NCBI GenBank assembly: GCA_963664815.2
Contig: CAXXHB010000003.1
Location: forward strand, 3,008,001 to 3,072,000
Source of the DNA: Spirochaetota bacterium
GTDB taxonomy: Bacteria > Spirochaetota > UBA4802 > UBA5550
Length of the DNA stretch: 64,000 nucleotides
Direction of reading: 5' to 3'
Notes under the pieces: generated by a model
Told to the model about the DNA's origin: nothing
Database searches by the model: none
The model's input: only the letters and a program-made list of their open reading frames with translations
Part shown: piece after piece, positions 50,660 to 58,272 of the stretch
Layout of the letters: every line of letters starts with the position of its first letter
How positions within the stretch are numbered: the first letter of the stretch is position 1
Position numbers and translations under genes: made by a program

Positions 50660-51049
50660 TTAATTTATTATATCATTGACTTTCATATAAATACTTTTCG
50701 CAAATTCATAAAAAACTTTAGCATCTTCAATATCCGGTTTACCATTCGGAAGCAATCCCATATCTCCAGGGTATCGGGATTCGATGTAAAGCCTGTTCAA
50801 TGTATCAAGAATATCATCATCTATTATCTCCATAAAAGCTGATACCTGTTTTTTCAGTAATATCAGATCATGCTTTTTAGGTATATTGCATTTGTTATAC
50901 TCAAGAATAGCTTTGAGTGATTTTTCCACGGTCTGTTGAGCATGAAAAGCAACTATATGTGTAAAATATTCATTATAAATTATTTCTTCAATCAGAATTA
51001 AATCATCATACGCAGATTTAAGCCATTCAAGTGCCATTTTTTTATTCAT
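50660..51049 (-). CDS. HEPN-domain protein
   Basis: WL..A..DL, FHAQQ.VEK.LKA, PK.HDL, YIESRYP. Confidence 0.9.
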   Translation of the reverse strand: MNKKMALEWLKSAYDDLILIEEIIYNEYFTHIVAFHAQQTVEKSLKAILEYNKCNIPKKHDLILLKKQVSAFMEIIDDDILDTLNRLYIESRYPGDMGLLPNGKPDIEDAKVFYEFAKSIYMKVNDIIN

Positions 51050-51378
51050 AGCAATAATATCCCATTTCGGGTTAATTCTCTTGAAAAATAACTATCCATC
51101 TCAATGAATTCCTGATTCATTTTTTTCGTATGGACAATCAAATCGACAGGTATTTCTGATCTGATAATTCTTATCTGCCTTGAAACTTTTAAATATATTT
51201 CATTTTTTTCACGCCAGTTGCATGGTATAAAATCATCTTTTGTTACTACATATAAATCTATATCACTCTCTTCTGTTGGATTGCCATTTGCATAACTTCC
51301 GAACAATATTACTTTGTAAGGATCCAATGGTTCAAGGGCTTCAATAATTCTTTTTTTAATATCATCTGAAAGCTTCAT
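51046..51378 (-). CDS. Minimal nucleotidyltransferase (MNT) partner of HEPN
   Basis: ILFGSYANG....SDIDL.VV, VDLIV. Confidence 0.9.
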   Translation of the reverse strand: MKLSDDIKKRIIEALEPLDPYKVILFGSYANGNPTEESDIDLYVVTKDDFIPCNWREKNEIYLKVSRQIRIIRSEIPVDLIVHTKKMNQEFIEMDSYFSRELTRNGILLL

Positions 51379-51386
51379 ATATCAAG

Positions 51387-51415
51387 TTAATAGCAGATAA
51401 TACTATGAACGTCAA
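51387..51415 (-). promoter_or_regulatory. Sigma70 promoter, probably giving a (near-)leaderless MNT-HEPN mRNA
   Basis: TTGACG-N17-TATTAA with TG extension; ATG 8 nt after the -10, no Shine-Dalgarno. Confidence 0.6.
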
Positions 51416-51509
51416 GTTAAATTCCAGCTATTTAAAATCATTCAGTATTTATGAAATTAAGAGTCTAAAAATAATATCAGATCGTTTTGCCACTTCTTCA
51501 TTAAAACAA

Positions 51510-51610
51510 TCTTTGAACACGATTTTAGAATTATTGGATTTACACGATTCAGAAGGAGTACCCTTTTACCAAATTCATATAATCATTTAATCCCGTAATC
51601 GTGTTCAGAC
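51510..51610. repeat. ~101-bp hairpin element, copy B
   Basis: Highly similar to and co-oriented with 49430-49530. Confidence 0.9.
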
Positions 51611-51656
51611 AGTAAAATAACTCAGTATATATGCAGTAAAAATTTTAAACAATATT

Positions 51657-52082
51657 TTAATCGAGCACCTTTAACCACGGGACAACCTTAAAACCTTTAT
51701 CAAGTGTTACTATTTCTGTTAATCCTTTTTCTTTCATTACAAGAGATATAAGACAATCATGGTAATTCAGGTTACCATTATATTTCATCATCATTTTGAT
51801 AATACTGTTATGTAAAGATTTTACCATAGTATATGCCCTGACCACCTCCATTGAACTCATTACAGGATCGATCTTCAAGGCTGCATCTTTGAAAGAATAT
51901 CCGTGTTGTTTACTTCTCCTGGCAATTACACTGTATACCTCATTTACTATACAATCCATTAATACAACCGGAATATTTTTATTTTCAATATTAATAATCA
52001 GGTTTAATGCTTTGTTATGATGAATATCTTTGTCATCAACAACAGCAACAATAATATTAGTGTCAACAATCAGTTTATTCAT
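51657..52082 (-). CDS. PIN-domain (VapC-like) toxin
   Basis: VDTNIIVA, D.HH..A, E, D.LI, TLD..F. Confidence 0.9.
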   Translation of the reverse strand: MNKLIVDTNIIVAVVDDKDIHHNKALNLIINIENKNIPVVLMDCIVNEVYSVIARRSKQHGYSFKDAALKIDPVMSSMEVVRAYTMVKSLHNSIIKMMMKYNGNLNYHDCLISLVMKEKGLTEIVTLDKGFKVVPWLKVLD

Positions 52083-52281
52083 AAAGCTTTTCCGAATCTT
52101 TAACGCTGTCTCCTCCTATTGATATTAAACCGGATAATGATGAAATATTTTTAGATTCAGTTTTTCTTTCACGTGAATATTTTATCTCAACATTTCCATT
52201 TACAATTTTTTTTATTGATTCAAGTTTTTCTCTGTTAGCTTCTATTTCATTTTTATTTTTTACTGTGATTGTTACTCTCAT
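52075..52281 (-). CDS. Putative VapB-like antitoxin
   Basis: 68 aa, overlaps the PIN gene start by 8 nt, GGAG RBS, C-terminal GG.SV.D.E..YE. Confidence 0.7.
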   Translation of the reverse strand: MRVTITVKNKNEIEANREKLESIKKIVNGNVEIKYSRERKTESKNISSLSGLISIGGDSVKDSEKLYE

Positions 52282-52333
52282 AAAAACTCCTTAACTGAAC
52301 GTCTTAACCTGATATCAGGAATACTGAAATTTT

Positions 52334-52362
52334 ATAATATTAAATGAATCCGGGTGAGTCAA
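52334..52362 (-). promoter_or_regulatory. Sigma70 promoter of the antitoxin-PIN operon
   Basis: TTGACT-N17-TATTAT. Confidence 0.55.
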
Positions 52363-52433
52363 GCAGGAATACGTTTTATTTCAGGCTGAAGCCAAAATTT
52401 GAAGGCCGGAGGAAACTGAAATCCTCACTTCAA

Positions 52434-52534
52434 TCTTTGAACACGATTTAAGGATTTTGGGATTTATACGATTCAGAAGGAATACCCTATTACCAAATTC
52501 ATATAATCATTTAATCCCGTAATCGTGTTCAGAC
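52434..52534. repeat. ~101-bp hairpin element, copy C
   Basis: Same element and orientation; also shares the 5' flank aaactgaaatcctc.cttca with copy A. Confidence 0.9.
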
Positions 52535-52679
52535 AGTAATAAAATCGAGTTTCTATTTTTTTATTATTAATCTCTTAACTATCTGCGTTTATCCCTGCCT
52601 TTATCTGTGTTCATCTGTGGCTAATTCTTTTCTTGTTATCTGCAGCACCCATTGCTCATATCTATTTTGCATCAAGAAA

Positions 52680-52716
52680 ATAAAGAAAATCCCGCCCTCT
52701 GTTGAAGGCGAGATAT
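52680..52716 (-). terminator. Probable intrinsic terminator downstream of 52745..53359
   Basis: Minus strand ATCTCGCC-TTCAACAGAG-GGCGGGAT followed by TTTCTTTATTTT. Confidence 0.6.
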
Positions 52717-52744
52717 CATTGAAAAATATGTAATTAATTACCGT

Positions 52745-53359
52745 TTATTTTTTTCTCACAGCACAACCTGCCGAATCTGAAACAATTGCAGATACAGCCA
52801 TAACAGAATTACTCGCCACAACATATACGTTGTAATCTCCCGATGGATCAAATCCGGCCATAACAACAGGCATTGCCTTACCTGCCACATCAAATTTTGA
52901 GATAATAAATCTCCCGGCATCTTTCCAGACCTTGTTATGGATGAAAATGCTCACCTGTGCCGTTTCGGAATCCTTCTCAAATGTTACAGAAATCTCACCT
53001 GAAGGATTAATCGAAGCCTCACAATTAAAAGGTTTTGCCAGCCCGTTACCTCTGGATAACTCGAGCATACCACCGTCCCTCACAGCTTCATAATTTGTCA
53101 TTATAAACAAATTGTAACCTGTAAGCGGTTTCCCTTTTGATTGTAAATTCCAGGCGTTTCTTACCGGCTCGGGTAACTGCTTCCATAAATTCTGCATAAG
53201 TGGCAGCATCATTTTCACCCTGGCCTGTACGTCAGGATTTGCGTGCCTGGATTTTATTGTTCTTTTAGTGTTCTTTATCCCCTTCCGGTCCGTATAATCA
53301 ACGCCCCCGGTCACGCTGTCTATCACCTCAAGGATTGCCTCGAGTCTGATCTTAGTCAT
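52745..53359 (-). CDS. Hypothetical protein with basic N-terminus (DUF6266-like) and C-terminal beta domain
   Basis: AGGAGG RBS; Q..V......WKQLPE..RNAWN......LTGYNLF motif shared with 54254..54793. Confidence 0.75.
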   Translation of the reverse strand: MTKIRLEAILEVIDSVTGGVDYTDRKGIKNTKRTIKSRHANPDVQARVKMMLPLMQNLWKQLPEPVRNAWNLQSKGKPLTGYNLFIMTNYEAVRDGGMLELSRGNGLAKPFNCEASINPSGEISVTFEKDSETAQVSIFIHNKVWKDAGRFIISKFDVAGKAMPVVMAGFDPSGDYNVYVVASNSVMAVSAIVSDSAGCAVRKK

Positions 53360-53940
53360 TTTCTGCCTCCTGTTAAATTACTTTTACAGCTCTTATAAGC
53401 TTTTCCAGTAGGGTACCCTTTATTTCTTAAACGCGTTTACCTGCATATTAATAATCCGGCAGTTTCTTCATTCGGATATTCATAAAAATCTTTCCAGCAA
53501 CAGAAACAATGGAATATATATTATTCAGACACCGGACTTGAGTTATACGATCTGTTTCAGGATATCTATTGATTCAGATCATACCCAGCTAATATAAAAT
53601 CTTTACCAGAGATTAACTTCTCACATCACCTTACAGCATAAATCAACATTCATGCTCTTTAATATAATCTACACACAATAGAGCATAATATATTAATCAA
53701 CTCTTATTTTGAATTAATTAAATTTTTTATAAAAAAAATTAATATTACTAATTTAACTATTAAATAACAATAGAATATGTTTTTTAACCAGTTTTTCAGA
53801 TACCCAGGAAGCCTCCAGTGGGCTTTTATAATGCTCTTTGCTAACCTCTCCGGGGAAAAACCGATAGAGAAGTTAAGACTGTCAAATAATCCCGAACAGG
53901 ATTTTAAGGATTCCTGTGGAGTGGTATGGACGCGACATTC

Positions 53941-54047
53941 CCGTTTCGACTCCGCTCAACGGGCGATGCACGAATGAACTTTCTAAAATTTATGTACACC
54001 ACGCTCCCTGTAGTTTGACAGGCTCACCAACCCGGAGTCGAAGGGTG
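53941..54047. repeat. Degenerate TTCGACTCCGCTCA / CGGAGTCGAAGGG palindromic repeat pair
   Basis: ttcgactccg at ~53945 and its reverse complement cggagtcgaa at ~54033. Confidence 0.55.
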
Positions 54048-54062
54048 CCGTTAATGCAACTC

Positions 54063-54100
54063 TCTGAACACGATTACAGGATTAAAGGATTAACAGGATT
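54063..54100. repeat. Solo arm of the ~101-bp hairpin element
   Basis: tctgaacacgattacaggattaaaggattaacaggatt matches the reverse complement of the right arm of copies A-C. Confidence 0.7.
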
Positions 54101-54253
54101 ACCTGCAAACAGAGGTTACCGTACACGAACGTACTTACGTTGTGCATCAGGCAATTTACATGCAATACCACGACAGATTTATGACAAAATCCCGACTCTG
54201 TTTACAGAGTATTCAGTTTCGCTTTAATTTCGCTTCAAACACGTTACATACAG

Positions 54254-54793
54254 CTATAAACGCGCGTTTTTCTCTGTAGGTAACGGAGTTGGAACGGTAT
54301 TGAAACGGTTTTTAACAGGGTCTTCATACTGTTTAAATCCTGCTTTAACAGATTTACTTTTATCTTTTATCGCATAAATATTATTCTCCCCACCTGCCGA
54401 TCTGCTGTTTTCTGAATTGTAAACGGTATATTCTGCAACTTCAGCTGAAGCTGATACAACCGCTGCATCCCCTGTTCCGCTGCTTCCCGATGGTGTCACA
54501 GGGGAACCTGGAGCAATGCCGCGAAGGTATTCCGACATAAAAAGATTATACCCTGACTTTTTCTTTCTCTTTGCCCTGTTTCTATAGAGAGCCTTCTCCT
54601 CTTCAGGAAGAACCTGCCAGGCCTTTACGCCGCCGCCGAAATTACCCCTGCATTTCATCTGCGGTTCTGTGCGCGGATTAGCCGGTATTGTGCGTGCTTT
54701 AATGTAGATTTTGCCGTAACGACGGTAAAAAACAAGACCATCCAGACCACCATGCGCAGTTCTTAAATATGGATGAAGCTTCACTTTTGCCAT
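54254..54793 (-). CDS. Basic hypothetical protein (DUF6266-like N-terminus)
   Basis: AAGGAG RBS; G.LDGLVFYRRYGK.YI....P.NP.T..Q...R..F....W..L.EEEK..Y...A....SGYNLFMSEY. Confidence 0.8.
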   Translation of the reverse strand: MAKVKLHPYLRTAHGGLDGLVFYRRYGKIYIKARTIPANPRTEPQMKCRGNFGGGVKAWQVLPEEEKALYRNRAKRKKKSGYNLFMSEYLRGIAPGSPVTPSGSSGTGDAAVVSASAEVAEYTVYNSENSRSAGGENNIYAIKDKSKSVKAGFKQYEDPVKNRFNTVPTPLPTEKNARL

Positions 54794-54948
54794 AGATATA
54801 CACTCCTTTATTGCTGTTATATTTTATCGTTATTATAGAAACTTATGTCTCTATATAACCAGTGCGGAAAAACAAATGACATGGGGCAAGCAGAATTTTT
54901 AAAAATTTTTATATGTTAAAAACCCAGATTTATCAAAGGAGATATTTT

Positions 54949-55220
54949 GCCTTGCCCCTTCTGGGCGCCCGAGCGTAGCGACAAAGTACCCTTGGGGTAG
55001 GTGCGGGGCCAGAGAAGTCCAGGTTGCTGAAGGTATACTATACAGACAGTTCTGCCTTGCCCCTTCTGGGCGCCCAAGCGTAGCGACAAAGTACCCTCGG
55101 GGTAGGTGCGGGGTCTTAGAAGTCCAGGTTGCTAAAGGTATACTATAACAGACAGTTTTTCTTTGCCCCTCCGGGCGCCCGAGCGTAGCGACAAAGTACC
55201 TCCGGGGTAGGTGCAGGGTC
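54949..55220. repeat. Three tandem ~105-bp GC-rich structured repeats (third truncated)
   Basis: ttgcccc..gggcgcccgagcgtagcgacaaagtaccc(ttg)gggtaggtgcgggg recurring at ~54951, ~55056 and ~55162. Confidence 0.9.
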
Positions 55221-55471
55221 TGATACCTCCAGTGCGGGGGCGGGGATTTCTGTCAATGTTTCACCATGTTCAATACAATACTTCAAACCTGGATTGAAGG
55301 GGGAGAATTAACCACATTTTTTTATTCTCCTTGACTTGAATATACAGAAGATAATAATGGGCCCGATTTGAACAGATTTAAATCAAAGAGTAATACAGCT
55401 AAATCGTGATGATATTTTGATGTGTATTTGTACTTTTTTAACATAATAAACCGATTTAAAGACAGAAACCA

Positions 55472-56749
55472 ATGAACTCAGCATTATATAAAATATTTTT
55501 TATTATTAAAGACAATCTTACCAATATTCTCCGATCTTTTATCTCAAGCTTCGGTATATTATTCCTTGTTATTTTCTTTGTCGTATATCTTGCAGTAAGG
55601 GATTCTGTCACAATATATATCAGCGGCTCTCTTCTTGATAAACTTGCAAGCGATGAGATAAAGATTCTTCCCGGAAACGTTAAAACTGTTGAGTTTGTGA
55701 AAAAACCGGGGTCAAAGGGAATGTCCTATCAGACCATAAACCAGATAAAAAAAATGCCGGAGCTGACCGCTGTTACTGCAATAAGCAGGGCTTCATTCAA
55801 TGTCCGCTTTAAAGCCGAGCTTCTCGGCAGAAGCAAGGCAATGTATGTACCTGTATGCGGTATTGAAAGGGAGCTTATTAAAGGAAAAGTGCCCGGCTGG
55901 AAAAACTTTTACAACCGAAAACCTGTACCGGTAATCATACCCCGGTTTTCCGTTGATATAATGAATAACTACCTCGCCATGGAAGACCTCCCCTCTTTTG
56001 CGGAAAAGGATCTTACAGGTTTCCCTGTGGAACTGAGATTTGCATCAGGTAAAAAAAACAGCCCGCAGTATAAAGAGATCGACTATAATGCCATTGTACA
56101 CAGCTTCACTGATATTATAAACTTTCCGGGACTGATTCTCCCGGCGGATTTTCTCATGGAGGTTTCCGAGCAGTTCAGGCGTGAAACAGGCCGTTCTGCC
56201 GGATTTGAGTATATTGTTGCATACGCCAAAATCAAAGACACCGGCAATCTTCCCTCCGTGGTAAACATTTTGAAAAAAATGGGGCTCAGGGTTGAATCAC
56301 AGAAAGATATAACTGAAAAGGCCGAGAAGACTCTAAGACTGATTGACGGCATGTTCTATGCAATAATGGGCGTTTTCTTCTTTGTATCTGCAATTTCAAT
56401 ATTCAATTCATACCTGACTATAGTTTATATAAGAAGCCAGAAGTTTTCCCTCAAGAGGGTTCTCGGTTTCTCCAAGCTGAGCATTCTTCTTTCATTTGTT
56501 TTTGAGGCTGCATTCATCGGGGCCATGTACGGCGTTGCCGGTTATTTCTGCGGCAACTACCTTATCTCGTATGCCGGAGAGATACTTGCAAAATGGGTTC
56601 CGGTACTCAAGTCCATAACAATCCAGGCAAGGGGTACCGATATTCTTCTTATGTGTGTAGGCCTCTCATCTGCGGTGAGCGCCGCTTCGGCTTTTGTCCC
56701 TGCAATATTCGCATCAAATATAAACCTGTTCAGAGCGGTAAGGAAATAG
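55472..56749 (+). CDS. ABC transporter permease (MacB/FtsX-like)
   Basis: N-terminal TM, large periplasmic domain, C-terminal I.N......R.....LKRVLG.....I...F..EA with three TMs. Confidence 0.85.
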   Translation: MNSALYKIFFIIKDNLTNILRSFISSFGILFLVIFFVVYLAVRDSVTIYISGSLLDKLASDEIKILPGNVKTVEFVKKPGSKGMSYQTINQIKKMPELTAVTAISRASFNVRFKAELLGRSKAMYVPVCGIERELIKGKVPGWKNFYNRKPVPVIIPRFSVDIMNNYLAMEDLPSFAEKDLTGFPVELRFASGKKNSPQYKEIDYNAIVHSFTDIINFPGLILPADFLMEVSEQFRRETGRSAGFEYIVAYAKIKDTGNLPSVVNILKKMGLRVESQKDITEKAEKTLRLIDGMFYAIMGVFFFVSAISIFNSYLTIVYIRSQKFSLKRVLGFSKLSILLSFVFEAAFIGAMYGVAGYFCGNYLISYAGEILAKWVPVLKSITIQARGTDILLMCVGLSSAVSAASAFVPAIFASNINLFRAVRK

Positions 56750-56750
56750 C

Positions 56751-57527
56751 ATGTTGCTTTCTATTGAAAATATATCTCTCAAATTCGGCAAACGTCATAT
56801 ACTCAACAATGTCTCCCTTAAAATTGATGAAGGGAAAATTATTGCCATTACAGGCAAGAGCGGCAGCGGAAAGACATCGCTCCTTGGAATAATTTCAGGC
56901 CTGCTTGATCCCGACTCCGGTACAGTTCTCTATAAAAAAAGAAATATTCTTAAATGGGGCGACTTCAGACGATCCCGTTTCAGGAACAGGGAGATCGGTT
57001 TCGTTTTCCAGTTTTTCAACCTTTTACCCGATATGACGTCGTACCAGAATATAAGGTACCCTACCATAATCAGGTTCTTTTCAAAGAATGTGGACAGGGA
57101 GATCCGTGACCTTGCACAGATTCTTAACATAGAGGAGATACTCGGCCAGAAACCATCAACACTTTCCGGTGGAGAGAGACAGAGGGTTGCCATAGCAAGG
57201 GCCGTTATAAACCATCCAAGGCTTATTCTTGCCGATGAGCCGACAGGGAATCTTGACAAAATTACGGCCCAGGAGATAAGGAATCTTTTTGTAAAACTGA
57301 AAGCCGAGGAGAATATGGCCATCATACTGGTTACCCATGACCAGAGCCTTGTTGATATTGCCGATGAACATTACCACCTAGAGAATGGAATCTTTACACA
57401 GATAGTAAAGGAAAAACCGGCAGCAAAGAGTGAGACAACAAAAATTGTTAAAGCAAAGACAAAACAAGCCAAAGTAAAAAATGCAGATGCTGCAGCTAAA
57501 GCTGTAAAGTCTTCAAAGAAAAAGTAA
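56751..57527 (+). CDS. ABC transporter ATP-binding protein (LolD/MacB-like)
   Basis: GKSGSGKTS, GFVFQFFNLLP, LSGGERQRVAIARA, ADEPTGNLD, VTHD. Confidence 0.95.
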   Translation: MLLSIENISLKFGKRHILNNVSLKIDEGKIIAITGKSGSGKTSLLGIISGLLDPDSGTVLYKKRNILKWGDFRRSRFRNREIGFVFQFFNLLPDMTSYQNIRYPTIIRFFSKNVDREIRDLAQILNIEEILGQKPSTLSGGERQRVAIARAVINHPRLILADEPTGNLDKITAQEIRNLFVKLKAEENMAIILVTHDQSLVDIADEHYHLENGIFTQIVKEKPAAKSETTKIVKAKTKQAKVKNADAAAKAVKSSKKK

Positions 57528-57595
57528 GTAACCACATTTTACACAGCCTCCGTTCTGCCAGACACATCATCCGGTAAATTAACCTGTACCATAAG

Positions 57596-57769
57596 CCCCC
57601 TAAATCGGCAGGGGACTTAAAGACTGTTTTACAAATAAATATTTATCTGAAATAATACATTTATTATAGTAGTTAACGAAATAAATTCTATTTTTATAAA
57701 TAAAATTTGCCTGACACAAAAAATTTAATAACAGTATCTTCAAGTCCCCCGCCGGGGGATTTAGGGGGC
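57596..57769. repeat. Inverted REP-like pair around an AT-rich spacer
   Basis: gccccctaaatc..ggggactt (~57596-57618) versus aagtcccccgccgggggatttagggggc (57742-57769). Confidence 0.7.
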
Positions 57770-58263
57770 TGCTGCCGGAAGATTATGGATCCACTGGCGA
57801 TGCAGAGGTTGTCGCCTGAAGATTATGGATCCACTGGTGATGCAGAGGTTGTCGCCTGAAAATTATGGATCCACTGGTGACGCAGGGGGTTGTCGCCTGA
57901 AAATTATGGATCCACTGGTGACGCAGGGGGTTGTCGCCTGAAGATTATGGATCCACTGGTGATGCAGGGGTTGTCGCCTGAAAATTATGGATCCACTGGT
58001 GACGCAGGGGGTTGTCGCCGGAAGATTATGGATCCACTGGTGACGCAGGGGCTGTCGCCTGAAGATTATAGATCCGCCGGTGATTTAGGGGGCTGCTGCA
58101 GGAGGTATATAGATCCACTGGTGATGCAGGGGCTGTCGCCGGAAGATTATGGATCCACCGGTGATTCAGGGGCTGTTGCCTGAAGATTATGGATCCACTG
58201 GTGACGCAGGGGCTGTCGCCGGAAGATTATAGATCCGCCAAGCGATTTAAGGAGCGTCGCCGG
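57749..58263. repeat. Tandem array of about twelve 40-41-bp units
   Basis: Consensus GAAGATTATGGATCCACTGGTGACGCAGGGGYTGTCGCCK; GATCC recurs 12 times from ~57788 to ~58232. Confidence 0.95.
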
Positions 58264-58272
58264 GTAAAACAA

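Noticed and set aside
51405-51590. 61-aa plus-strand ORF
   Set aside because: It overlaps the TA promoter and hairpin copy B; likely spurious.
49430-52534. Canonical integron
   Set aside because: No intI or attI in the window and the hairpin ends do not fit RYYYAAC/GTTRRRY; kept only as an analogy.
53777-54227. Plus-strand ORFs 53777..53977 and 53916..54227
   Set aside because: No recognisable motifs; they run through palindromic repeat remnants.
57749-58263. CRISPR array, or 97-aa ORF 57890..58183
   Set aside because: Units are contiguous with no unique spacers and no cas genes are present. The 40/41-bp period shifts frame, so the ORF is a by-product of the repeat.
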